A stretch of DNA of 64,000 nucleotides from Promethearchaeota archaeon. GTDB taxonomy: Archaea; Asgardarchaeota; Hermodarchaeia; Hermodarchaeales; Hermodarchaeaceae. Below are positions 1-9,198 of this stretch, piece after piece. Both the position numbers and the translations under genes were made by a program. Below the pieces are notes generated by a model. That model was given only the letters and a program-made list of their open reading frames with translations, was not told the DNA's origin and did not search any database. The stretch covers positions 87,559 through 151,558 of the forward strand of contig JBHLPH010000002.1 of the NCBI GenBank assembly GCA_048939625.1, written 5' to 3'. Within the stretch, counting starts at the first letter, position 1, and each line of letters starts with the position of its first letter.

Positions 1-1
1 A

Positions 2-1195
2 GAAAAGGCGGGAGCAGATGCGTGTCTGGTGGTCACACCGTATTATATGCGTCCAACACTTCGTGGGCTCTATGAGCATTACCGTCAAGTGAGTGAAGTC
101 GGTCTTCCAATTGTTCTGTATAATATCCCTCAATGTACCGGTCTTGATATGCCGTGGCAAATTGTTGAAGACCTTGCAGATCTTGAAAACATCGTCGGCA
201 TCAAAGATTCTAGTGGACAACTAAAGCTCATCCTAGCGGTCTTGGAGAAAGTTGGTTCGAAAATCAATGTGCTGGTGGGGCATGATGAAGTCGTATTCCC
301 TGCTCTTGCATCGGGTTGTTCGGGGGCTATTCTTGCGAGTGCCCAATTGATTGGGGATATTTGGTTAGATATGCTCAAGAAGGTACAAGCGAAGAAATTC
401 GATGAAGCCGTTGCACTCCAGTTGAAGGTCCAAAAACTCACGCGATTGATTGTGGGCTCAGGAGCTGCAGGAACAAAGGCTGGTCTCAAAATGATGGGTG
501 TTCCAGTCGGTAAACCTCGACTACCCTTAACCTTTGGCGGAGTTCTTACGTATGAGAATCGGGAAGAAATTCGAATCGAACTAGAAAAACTCGGTAAAAT
601 CAAGCCCAAAGATGTGATAATTGAAGTCGAACCCAAAGAACCTCTTAAAGCACGATTTGGGGCATTTGGTTTCTCACCCGACCAGGTTAAAGATTTCTCA
701 TTGAAGATTGGTGAAGGGCTCTCTGGGGGTGGAGCTGAAGTCGCACACATCGACTTGATGATTGGACGTAAGGACGGTCCTGTTGGTTTTGCCTTTGCGC
801 AAGCTAAGGCGGCACCCAAAGAGCGCATGGAACCTCTTCTCGCCATTCTGGAACCCAACCTCATGGTGAAGCCTGAAACACTGCTCGTTCCAACTGTTGC
901 CAACCGTAGTATGCATCAAGCCAGCCTCTTTGGAGGTCCCGCACAAACAGGGTGTGCCAAAGCCGTCATGGATTCCGTTGAAGAAGGTTTTATCCCCAAG
1001 TCAGCAGTCGACAAATTAGTAATAATTGCCACAGTCTTTGTCCATCCCACAGCAGTCGACCGGAAGCGCATCCAAATTAACAACTATAAAGCAATGCGAC
1101 ACGCCATCCGACGAGCCATTGAAGGCCGCCCAAGCATCGAAGAATTACTCCGCGACAAAGAATTTGCGAAACATCCGTTTCGCTGGGGACCCTGA
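2..1195 (+). CDS. DapA/DHDPS-family class I aldolase fused to a C-terminal formaldehyde-activating enzyme (Fae) domain; 5'-truncated by the window edge
   Basis: Frame is open from base 2 (EKAGADACLVVTPYY). DHDPS-family motifs LYNIPQ and GIKDSSG (Schiff-base Lys). The C-terminal ~165 aa (GEG...EVAHIDLMIG...GPAQTGCAKAV...VFVHP...NNYKA...HPF) match Fae. Confidence 0.88.
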   Translation, partial: EKAGADACLVVTPYYMRPTLRGLYEHYRQVSEVGLPIVLYNIPQCTGLDMPWQIVEDLADLENIVGIKDSSGQLKLILAVLEKVGSKINVLVGHDEVVFPALASGCSGAILASAQLIGDIWLDMLKKVQAKKFDEAVALQLKVQKLTRLIVGSGAAGTKAGLKMMGVPVGKPRLPLTFGGVLTYENREEIRIELEKLGKIKPKDVIIEVEPKEPLKARFGAFGFSPDQVKDFSLKIGEGLSGGGAEVAHIDLMIGRKDGPVGFAFAQAKAAPKERMEPLLAILEPNLMVKPETLLVPTVANRSMHQASLFGGPAQTGCAKAVMDSVEEGFIPKSAVDKLVIIATVFVHPTAVDRKRIQINNYKAMRHAIRRAIEGRPSIEELLRDKEFAKHPFRWGP

Positions 1196-1203
1196 GTCTC
1201 CTG

Positions 1204-2187
1204 TTAGAGGATAGATTTGATATTTCCAAGGAATAGGGCAAGAAAGAGTGCAGCTGAAAGTATGTCAGCAGTGGTTCCTGGATTCAGTTGAGAACCTTGT
1301 GAACGGAGGTACTCGTCGAAAGGTTCAGTTTGTGTCGCCCAGCTCGTTTCTTGCATTTTCATAATTCGTGTATACACTTTCTGGGCACGTTGCATGACAT
1401 CTTGTGCAACCTCGGCGCCATTTTTCCGTTGGATAAAGGAATCGGGGCGATTACTTAGAGCCCAAAGATAGGAGGCAAGGACAGCGTCTTCTGTGCGTGG
1501 ATGCTGGTTCAGCGCCTTGGTCACTTGAGGGTAGAGCGTATCAAAGGTGTAAGCGAAGTTCGTGGTATATTCATGGGCAACGGAATCATAACTTGCTGCT
1601 AAAGCTTGTAAGTCACAGAGTGTATATTTTTCGCGACGAATCAACTGAATGGTATGAGGTGATTGGAAATCAAAAGCCTGAGATTGTGGTTTCCATTTGG
1701 CTGTTTTAGGAATGGCGCCACCGGGACTAGCTGCCTGTAGGGCGTGAATAAGTTCAATGGCATCTTCAACAGTAGTATTTGTTAGAATCCGTTTGAGGCT
1801 TTGCTGCAATGTTGTTTTTGTGGATCGAGGTCGTGTGATTTCATGTCCAGCAGCGGCAGCGAGTGGAACAAGGAGTAGAATTGTGCCAAGTAATGTGTTC
1901 TTTCCATGGGGCTCCATTGAGGTTTGGACTGCGAATCTGATGAGTTTCCCAAGGCGCGAAGGTGTATAATCTGTCGTGCTAAACTCATAGCCCCACTCCG
2001 CACTTTGATGAAGGGGATATCCCAAGCTGTTGATGCTGGCAACAAAATGGATAAACCGAGTATCAGGGTGGTCCTTGTACCTATGCACATTGCCGGGTTT
2101 GGGAGTGAGAATGTCTAAGAACATGGCAAATTGTGCCTTCTCAGAAATGTCACACAGTTGCTCCTCAACCTTAACTCCCGGAACCAT
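1204..2187 (-). CDS. CitG-family triphosphoribosyl-dephospho-CoA synthase-like protein (archaeal type)
   Basis: TPKPGNVHR, NTLLGTILLLVPL and C-terminal LNPGTTAD motifs. Confidence 0.85.
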   Translation of the reverse strand: MVPGVKVEEQLCDISEKAQFAMFLDILTPKPGNVHRYKDHPDTRFIHFVASINSLGYPLHQSAEWGYEFSTTDYTPSRLGKLIRFAVQTSMEPHGKNTLLGTILLLVPLAAAAGHEITRPRSTKTTLQQSLKRILTNTTVEDAIELIHALQAASPGGAIPKTAKWKPQSQAFDFQSPHTIQLIRREKYTLCDLQALAASYDSVAHEYTTNFAYTFDTLYPQVTKALNQHPRTEDAVLASYLWALSNRPDSFIQRKNGAEVAQDVMQRAQKVYTRIMKMQETSWATQTEPFDEYLRSQGSQLNPGTTADILSAALFLALFLGNIKSIL

Positions 2188-2299
2188 TTGGGGATATCAC
2201 CTGTTATGAGAAAAGGGGGATTTGAGTGGTATAAGATGTTTGGTTGAATCCTTGGAACACCCTCAAGGTTTTTCTCCGGCAACAGAATAATGTCGCTTT

Positions 2300-3643
2300 G
2301 TGATGCCGATGCCTCCAAATGAATGGGAACAAAAGGTGCTTTCCCGGGTTGATGAGTTACGAGATGAGCTCGTAAAATTGTGTCAGGATATTATTCGCAT
2401 CCCGAGTTGGGATCGCGAGACCAGGGGTGAAGCGGAGGTAGCTCACCGGGTTGGGAAGACAATGGAAAAGAGGGGAATTCAAACTGAATATGTCACATCT
2501 CATCCGAGTATCGATAACCTTGTAGCAACTTGGGCAGCAAAGAATGGCAAACGCTTACTGTTTAATGGTCATGTAGATGTAGTGCCACCTGGCGAGGATT
2601 GGACGGTCGATCCCTTTGCTGCAGAAATCCGCGAGGGTCTCATTTATGGACGCGGTGCCATGGACATGAAAGGCGGAGTGGCCTGCATGACGATGGCTAT
2701 GAGCGCATTACATGATCTTGAGGTGCCATTGAAAGGATCCCTAATCGTTAATGCAGTTGGCGATGAAGAGCGGCAGGGGAAATTGGGAACAGCATATTGT
2801 ATTGAAAACGCTTGGAAGAAGATTAAAGCAGATGCAGCAATTGTTGCTGAGCCTTCAGGAATTGGGCAGTTCGGACACGCTGTTAATATTGGTGAGAAGG
2901 GGCCGGTGTGGATGAAGGTTACGACAAAGGGTGAGAAAGCACATGGCAGTATACCATCAGCCGGAAAGAATGCCATTATCATGATGTTTGAGTTGCTTGA
3001 AGCCCTCCGTCAAGCTAAACCTCCAACAATTCCACCTCCCATAACCCGTAAAGCAATTATTCACCAGTTCGCTGCCAGTTTAAACCTTGAACCAGAAGTG
3101 ATGGAGTCATTTATTGAAAAGGGAGGTGAATCTAATCCGTTCTCCGCAGGATTAGAGGGACTTACAGCAAGTACGATGAACATCGGAACAATAAACGGAG
3201 GAGTCGCTGCCAATGTAGTACCTGACCGCTGTAATGCCCAAATAGATTTTCGGATTCTCCCAGGCCAAACACCGCAGGAGATGGTTGAGTTCATTCAACA
3301 CTATGCGGAGAAGCTGGGAATCTCAGAGGTCTGTGACATCGAAATCATTGAAGCATTTGAGGGCAACTCCATTCCCAATTATGAACAAAACAAAATCGTA
3401 ACCACCATGTTTGATGCCTCAAAAGAAATCGCAGGACCTACTGTATATTTCCTAGTACCATATGCTACAGATGGTCGCCTTCTCCGCCGCGCGGGCATCG
3501 AGTCAACAGTGGTCTATGGACCCGGAAATTTATTCTTAGCGCATACAGCAGACGAAAACGTTGCTATTGAGGACTTGGTTAAAGTGACCAAAGTCTTTGC
3601 ACTGACTGCAATCCGCTATCTGGGAGTGAAGGACTATCGATAA
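2300..3643 (+). CDS. M20-family metallopeptidase / ArgE-DapE-like deacylase
   Basis: FNGHVDVVP, GRGAMDMKGG, GDEE, AEP, AHGS, NVVPD, ATDGR and AHTADE motifs; start may be the ATG at 2303. Confidence 0.9.
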   Translation: MMPMPPNEWEQKVLSRVDELRDELVKLCQDIIRIPSWDRETRGEAEVAHRVGKTMEKRGIQTEYVTSHPSIDNLVATWAAKNGKRLLFNGHVDVVPPGEDWTVDPFAAEIREGLIYGRGAMDMKGGVACMTMAMSALHDLEVPLKGSLIVNAVGDEERQGKLGTAYCIENAWKKIKADAAIVAEPSGIGQFGHAVNIGEKGPVWMKVTTKGEKAHGSIPSAGKNAIIMMFELLEALRQAKPPTIPPPITRKAIIHQFAASLNLEPEVMESFIEKGGESNPFSAGLEGLTASTMNIGTINGGVAANVVPDRCNAQIDFRILPGQTPQEMVEFIQHYAEKLGISEVCDIEIIEAFEGNSIPNYEQNKIVTTMFDASKEIAGPTVYFLVPYATDGRLLRRAGIESTVVYGPGNLFLAHTADENVAIEDLVKVTKVFALTAIRYLGVKDYR

Positions 3644-3646
3644 AAT

Positions 3647-4051
3647 CTAGGCAGGACGGAAAACCAGCCGCATCACCGCTTCACTGTCAGCAGATCCAGG
3701 GAATTCCTCAAAATCAGCTACTACCGCATCACCCACATGAATTTCTTCGGGTTTGAGGGGATCAACTCCTACTAACCGAGTACAGACAGATGGACCTTCC
3801 TTGAGTGCCACAATAGCAACGATATAGGGAACATCCTCCGAGTACTTGATTCCAGCAATGTGAATCACTGTAAAGGAACGAAGTGTCCCTTCTCCACTGA
3901 GTTGAGTCCAATCAGTAGTTTTACTATTACAATTTGGACAGAACAATCGTGGAGGCAGATGAAGTGCATCACAGCTCGAACAATGGGCTGCACATAGTTT
4001 CTGTTCATTGATTAACTCAAAGAATTTCTTGATAGTTGTTTCTTCACTCAT
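3647..4051 (-). CDS. DUF35 Zn-ribbon/OB-fold thiolase partner protein
   Basis: CSSC...PPRLFCPNC Zn ribbon plus OB fold (GTLRSFTVIH, PYIVAIV); directly downstream of the thiolase; ATG at 4051 preferred over 4063. Confidence 0.88.
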   Translation of the reverse strand: MSEETTIKKFFELINEQKLCAAHCSSCDALHLPPRLFCPNCNSKTTDWTQLSGEGTLRSFTVIHIAGIKYSEDVPYIVAIVALKEGPSVCTRLVGVDPLKPEEIHVGDAVVADFEEFPGSADSEAVMRLVFRPA

Positions 4052-4056
4052 CTCGA

Positions 4057-5217
4057 TTACCACCGTTCACAAATATGCACAACTGCCGTCGCTCCCGATC
4101 CACCAACATTATGAGCTAATGCCAAGTTAGGTGAATCAATTTGACGTTTACCAGCTTCGTTTCGAAGCTGATGGTATAATTCGATGATTTGAGCGACACC
4201 AGTAGCTCCGACCGGATGGCCTTTAGCTTTGAGACCACCACTAGGATTAATCGCAAATTCGCCATCGAGCGTAGTGTATTCTTCTTCGACGGCTTGTCCG
4301 CCCATGCCGGGGTTGAAGAAGCCGAGGTCTTCGGTGGCGATGATTTCAGCGATGGTGAAGCAGTCGTGGACTTCAGCAAAGTCAATGTCTTTTGGTCCGA
4401 TTTTAGCTTGCTTATAGGCATGGTAGGCTGCTGTTTTAGCGGAGTATAGTGTGGTGAGGTCGGTGCGGTCAGACATGTCCATATTGTCATTGGCTTGTGC
4501 GGAAGCGATAATTTTCACAGGGGCATCTGTAAATTTCTTAGCGTGTTTGTTACGGGTGAGAATTACGGCAGCAGCTCCGTCAGTGATTGGGGAGCAATCA
4601 TAGAGACCTAGAGGCCAAGCGACCATGCGGGCAGATAAGACTTGGTCTAGGGTGATAGCTTTTTGATATTGGGCTAAAGGATTATGGACGGCGTTGGCAT
4701 GGTTTTTGACAGCGACAGCTGCAAGTTGTTCTTTGGTGGTACCGTATTTTGCCATATGAGCAGTTGCGAAGAGAGCGAAGATTCCGGGGAAAGTGATGCC
4801 GGGTTCAGCTTCGAATGGCTGGTCCGCGGCCATGGCTAAAGTCTCAATGACACCGGGCGTTCTGAGATCGGTCATCTTCTCTACACCGGCAGCCATCACA
4901 ACGTCGTGTTGTCCGGATTCGATGGCAAGAATAGCAGCGCGTAATGCTGTAGCAGACGAAGCACATGCCGCTTCACATTTGGTTGCGGGAATGCCTTTCA
5001 TTCCAGCAGCATCCACCATCATCGGTGCAATGTGGGTTTGTCGATTGAATTGGTCGGCGGAAAGGTTACCGATAAATGCGGCTTCAACATCTTTGGGAGT
5101 GATACCCGCATCTTCGATGGCTTCATGGGCTGCAAGTGCAAAGAGCTCGCGCAAATTGTAATCGTCATGGCGTCCGAATTTAGTCTGTCCGGCGCCTACA
5201 ATGCTTACATTGATCAC
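4057..5217 (-). CDS. Archaeal/SCP2-type acetyl-CoA C-acetyltransferase (thiolase)
   Basis: EAACAS (catalytic Cys), EVHDCF, GHPVGATG. GTG at 5217 follows a GAGGTG SD, so the ORF-track start at 5298 is probably too long. Confidence 0.92.
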   Translation of the reverse strand: MINVSIVGAGQTKFGRHDDYNLRELFALAAHEAIEDAGITPKDVEAAFIGNLSADQFNRQTHIAPMMVDAAGMKGIPATKCEAACASSATALRAAILAIESGQHDVVMAAGVEKMTDLRTPGVIETLAMAADQPFEAEPGITFPGIFALFATAHMAKYGTTKEQLAAVAVKNHANAVHNPLAQYQKAITLDQVLSARMVAWPLGLYDCSPITDGAAAVILTRNKHAKKFTDAPVKIIASAQANDNMDMSDRTDLTTLYSAKTAAYHAYKQAKIGPKDIDFAEVHDCFTIAEIIATEDLGFFNPGMGGQAVEEEYTTLDGEFAINPSGGLKAKGHPVGATGVAQIIELYHQLRNEAGKRQIDSPNLALAHNVGGSGATAVVHICERW

Positions 5218-5275
5218 AATAGTACACCTCTGTTTAATGAGGAACGCTGAATGAGGCAACGGTAACCTCAAGGAA

Positions 5276-5282
5276 TTATAAA
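5276..5282 (-). promoter_or_regulatory. Candidate TATA box for the thiolase-DUF35 pair
   Basis: TTTATAA on the minus strand ~60 nt upstream of the GTG start, in the intergenic gap. Confidence 0.35.
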
Positions 5283-5332
5283 CTGTACCGTTGTCCAAGC
5301 TTGGTTGAAAAAGAGGTGGGGTATTTTGATTA

Positions 5333-6730
5333 TTATCGATTATGCCCTTTATGCAAATGTTGCCCGTATTCCACTAAGGCCCAAACAGCCTTTGCTGCCC
5401 TGGCAGGTGTGGGTAAAGCAGGAATTCCAGCTTCTTCAAGGAGTTGGGCACCTTTCATTGTGAAACGTCCTCCAGCTGTAAGGGCGACGAGAGGTTTCTG
5501 ATATTTCCGGACTACGGCAACTAATCGGTCAATGATATCTAGATTTAGTAAGGGGACCTGCATCATCACGATAGCAATTGCAGCATCATAATGGGGAGTG
5601 CCAAGTAGTGTATCGAAAGCTGTTTGGTATCGCTCGGCATTAGTGTCGCCGGTTAGATCAATGGGATTGTGGACACTACAATATCCAGGGAAGGCATCTC
5701 GTAGAACGCGTTTGAGTTTTTCTGGTGGCTCGGGAACAGTTAAGCCTAAGGCTTCGCAGGCGTCGACTGTCATTACTCCTGCGCCACCAGCATCGGTTAC
5801 AATAAGGATACGGTTCCCTTCAGCGGGAGGTTGAGAGGCGAGAGTTTTTGCCATTTCGAAACCATCTTCAAAGTCACGCGCAGACAGAATACCGGCTTGA
5901 CGGAAGGCAAAATCATAAAGTCGCGCGTCACCAGCAAGAGCCCCGGTGTGACTGGCAGCAGCGGCAGACCCACGTTTTGATCGACCCGATTTGACAACGA
6001 TGATGGGTTTTTGTTTGGTGACTCTTTGAGCCGTTTCGATATATGTTCCACCGGTACTTGGTGAGAGCCCTTCCAGATATTCGACGATTACACGCGTTTC
6101 GGGGTCGTCGCCGAGATAAGTGATTAGATCAATTTCGTTGACATCGGCTTTATTACCGAAACTGACGACACGACTGACTCCGAGACCTGATTGGGCATTC
6201 ATATCTAAAACGGCAGCTGCAAAAGCACCACTTTGGCTGATGAAACTGATGTAACCTTTTTCAGGCCGTCCCATTCGGGAAGCTGGGAGGAATGTGGTGT
6301 CGACGCCAGTATTTGTATCGTAGATTCCGACACAGTTCGGTCCAATTACACGGATCCCACTTCGTTTAGCGATCTCTACAACTTGTTGTTCAAGATAGGC
6401 GCCTTCAGGACCAGTTTCTTTGAATCCCCCACTAACTATGATGACCGCTTTCACGCCTTTTTTTTCACAATCTTTCATGATATTAGGAACAAGTCCTGCA
6501 GGAACAGCAATGACGGCGAGATCGACTAGTCCAGGTAAATCGGAAACTCGTTCATAACTTGGAATCCCGAGGACGTCAGTGGCACGGGGATTGATGGGAT
6601 ATACTGAACCTTTGAAGGCGGGTTTGAGGAAGTTTCGAAAGATAACTCCGCCTACGCTTGCTTTGCGTGCTGATGCTCCGACAACGGCGACCGTTTGAGG
6701 ATTGAAGAACGATTCCAAGTCAGACTTCAT
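5333..6730 (-). CDS. acdA: ADP-forming acyl-CoA synthetase, alpha subunit
   Basis: VAVVGAS CoA-binding fold, GPNCVG, SQSGA, FGNKAD, ASHTGAL (phospho-His), NPIDLTGD. Confidence 0.92.
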   Translation of the reverse strand: MKSDLESFFNPQTVAVVGASARKASVGGVIFRNFLKPAFKGSVYPINPRATDVLGIPSYERVSDLPGLVDLAVIAVPAGLVPNIMKDCEKKGVKAVIIVSGGFKETGPEGAYLEQQVVEIAKRSGIRVIGPNCVGIYDTNTGVDTTFLPASRMGRPEKGYISFISQSGAFAAAVLDMNAQSGLGVSRVVSFGNKADVNEIDLITYLGDDPETRVIVEYLEGLSPSTGGTYIETAQRVTKQKPIIVVKSGRSKRGSAAAASHTGALAGDARLYDFAFRQAGILSARDFEDGFEMAKTLASQPPAEGNRILIVTDAGGAGVMTVDACEALGLTVPEPPEKLKRVLRDAFPGYCSVHNPIDLTGDTNAERYQTAFDTLLGTPHYDAAIAIVMMQVPLLNLDIIDRLVAVVRKYQKPLVALTAGGRFTMKGAQLLEEAGIPALPTPARAAKAVWALVEYGQHLHKGHNR

Positions 6731-6774
6731 GACAGGCCTCCAGATGATCTCGATGTTTTTGTTTTATTTCTGGT

Positions 6775-7038
6775 TTAGAGAGGCGCTCCATGGACATCCA
6801 TTTCGAAATCCGCTACGAGGTTGGTTATAGTATCGAGGACGCCTTTGATGGCGCGGATTTTCCCAATTGTTTCCATGATATCGCGCATGCCTTTTCGTTC
6901 GATTTCAACAATCACATCATAAAGGCCGAATAGCTTGTGCGCTTCTGAGATAGCCGGGAATTTACTAATTTCGCGTAGGATTGTGTCTTCTTGTTGAGGG
7001 GCGACTTTGATGAGGACATATGCTTTGTAAATTGTTAT
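6775..7038 (-). CDS. Stand-alone Lrp/AsnC ligand-binding (RAM) domain protein, absent from the ORF track
   Basis: Hand translation: ITIYKAYVLIKVAPQQEDTILREISKFPAISEAHKLFGLYDVIVEIERKGMRDIMETIGKIRAIKGVLDTITNLVADFEMDVHGAPL*. Typical AYVLI...FGxYD...IRxIxGVxxTxT pattern. No ATG/GTG/TTG at the 5' end; ATA (7038) or ATT (7032) follow AGGAG. Confidence 0.85.
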   Translation of the reverse strand: MTIYKAYVLIKVAPQQEDTILREISKFPAISEAHKLFGLYDVIVEIERKGMRDIMETIGKIRAIKGVLDTITNLVADFEMDVHGAPL

Positions 7039-7044
7039 CGACTC

Positions 7045-8427
7045 CTAAGTATTGGATTTAAGCAGAGTGTGAAGGTGATACGCATTTTCTAACGTGGTTA
7101 CTGCTCGGTGGGAATTGGAGAATACAGGAATGTTCAGCCGCTCAAGGCTGTCGATAAGGAGATTGTCTCGTTCAGTAGCAGGTATGATTCCGATAATTGT
7201 TTTTGGTGATTTCAACGTTTTCAAACGTTGACGCAACATGACATAGAGGTAATCAGGATCGATATTAGGTGAATCAGGTAGGAGACTGATTAGGATACTA
7301 TGGGCAGTAGGATCAGCAAGTACAATGCGAAGAGCAATGTCTAGTCGTTCTTCATCAGCATTCGTGTATAACCCGATGGGATTTGCACTGCGGCAGTAAG
7401 GAGGAAGATTTTCTTTGAGAGTAGCAATCGTGTCTGGAAGCAACTTGGCTAGCTCCATTGGCGAATCATGGAGGGCGCTTGCAGCATATACACAGTACGC
7501 TCCGAAGTTTGAGATTGCTACAACACCTTTGCCTTCAGGGAGGGGTTGGTTCTGACAGAGAAGGGCTAAATCGACGGCACGCCCCCAAGAGGAAGTGACC
7601 ATAAGGTTGTGTTCTTTCGCTAGTGCAGCGGTAAGGGGTTGGATAGCTTTTCCCGTTCGTCGGTGTAATCCAAGTTGGTTGGTAATATTTTGCGGCCATA
7701 AGGATATGATGATTGGTTTCTTGACACGGTGGGCTTTTCGTACAGCGGTTCGGAATTTGGTAAGATTTGTAATCTGACCTACTCCGAGGAGAATCACGCG
7801 GGTTCCAGTATCTTGTGTAAGAAATGCAAGGAAGTCTGTTTCAGTAGTTCCAAGTGTTTCGCCAAGATCCATGAAAAGGGAAACGCCGCATCGGTATTTG
7901 GTGACTTGTTCGAGTAAGCCATATGCTACATCCCGATTATCTGTGATTACTCCTGTTGCCCCATTTCGGGGGCGAGGGAGGACTTCGGTAGGAAGTGGTA
8001 TCATGTCGATATTTGTTGAGGAACTGTAGAATCCGGCACTGCGGGGACCAATCACTGGTATAGATAGTTTTGCGATGGTCTTTCGCGCTGCGTCGAATTC
8101 AGTGGATTGAAGCTCAAAGAGTAAGAGGATTCCTACAGGTTGGCGTTTCCCAATGATTCGAAGCGTCTCTGTAAAATCTCTTGTAGGTGAAGCGATGATC
8201 CAAAGATGGCTTCCTTCCGGAACTTCATTGATGGTTGCAAAGGTTGGATATCCAAGAACTCGTGCTTCAGTTGGGTTTACATAGTGGACTGGACCTTCAA
8301 AATCTCGGATAAGAGAGCGGGCCACTTGGAACCCAAAGGAGAGTGGATTATCACTAGCACCAATTAGAACAATAGATGAGGGAGCCAAAAGTGATTGGAT
8401 TTGTTCGTGGGCGCTCTTTGAGACCAT
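7045..8427 (-). CDS. Degenerate ADP-forming acyl-CoA synthetase alpha-like protein (probable pseudoenzyme)
   Basis: Collinear with AcdA (VLIGAS, GPRSAG, LGET, NPIGLYTNA) but SQSG becomes TDNR and the SHTG loop becomes GLHRRTG. Confidence 0.75.
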   Translation of the reverse strand: MVSKSAHEQIQSLLAPSSIVLIGASDNPLSFGFQVARSLIRDFEGPVHYVNPTEARVLGYPTFATINEVPEGSHLWIIASPTRDFTETLRIIGKRQPVGILLLFELQSTEFDAARKTIAKLSIPVIGPRSAGFYSSSTNIDMIPLPTEVLPRPRNGATGVITDNRDVAYGLLEQVTKYRCGVSLFMDLGETLGTTETDFLAFLTQDTGTRVILLGVGQITNLTKFRTAVRKAHRVKKPIIISLWPQNITNQLGLHRRTGKAIQPLTAALAKEHNLMVTSSWGRAVDLALLCQNQPLPEGKGVVAISNFGAYCVYAASALHDSPMELAKLLPDTIATLKENLPPYCRSANPIGLYTNADEERLDIALRIVLADPTAHSILISLLPDSPNIDPDYLYVMLRQRLKTLKSPKTIIGIIPATERDNLLIDSLERLNIPVFSNSHRAVTTLENAYHLHTLLKSNT

Positions 8428-8606
8428 CTATGACACCGAGTAGTGTGTAACACGTTAGGGTAGTAGCTCGCCTTTGGCTGGTTTTACTTAAGAACCATTC
8501 GCAATTAGAAGAGGAATAACTGCAGGGATTTTCTTGTGTTTCAAAAAAGATAAAGGATGAGGAAAGGGAAGCTGAGTTAGGAGATAGCAGTAGGAGCCAA
8601 TCGACC

Positions 8607-9181
8607 TTGACTAAAGAATTGGAAGCTGCCGGATTAATCGTAAACTATAATCGCCGTGAATATTTGCGTTCTCCATTGACTCCAGATCGAGTTTGGATTT
8701 GGGATGAAACGCTCCGTGATGGCGAGCAAACCGCAGGAACTCTCTTGACCATCAATGAAAAGGTTGAGATCGCGAAACTAATGGATGAAGTTGGTGTAGC
8801 AATTATCGCTGCGGATTTCCGGTGGTCTCTGAAGAAGAGAAACGGACCATTAAGCTTCTGTCAGAAGAAGGGTTTAAACAAGCAAGACTAGCAGCTCCTG
8901 CTCGTGCGGTTATGGGCGACATTCAGGCGTGTTTAGATTCGGGTGCGGATATTATTCCGATTTTTATTGCTCCTAGTCGTCTCCGATTAGAATATCAGTT
9001 GAGAATGACTCTCGATGAGGCGATTGCCCAGGCTGTCAAACAGCATCATGCTAAACAGGATAAGAAAGATATTCTCAAGCGCTTTGATGAGTGCAAAAGT
9101 GAGTTTAGCCACTTGAAAGCAGATCTCAGTGAAGAAGAGCTTCTCGCCATCGCAAGACCCATTCTCCAAGGCAAGAAATAA
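8607..9181 (+). pseudogene. Disrupted LeuA/CimA/homocitrate-synthase (DRE-TIM) family gene
   Basis: DETLRDGEQ motif. One base is missing near 8813 (restoring a G gives [11 protein letters not shown] and joins ORFs 8607-8891 and 8822-9181). The combined ~190 aa lack the HxHND and GERAGN motifs, implying a large internal deletion. Confidence 0.85.
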
Positions 9182-9198
9182 ACAGTTGTCCTTGAACG

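Noticed and set aside
130-903. 257-aa antisense ORF, and similar long shadow ORFs (33238-33684, 45020-45598, 45701-46312, 46343-46897)
   Set aside because: They lie opposite well-supported genes and carry no recognisable motifs; explained by codon bias of the real gene.
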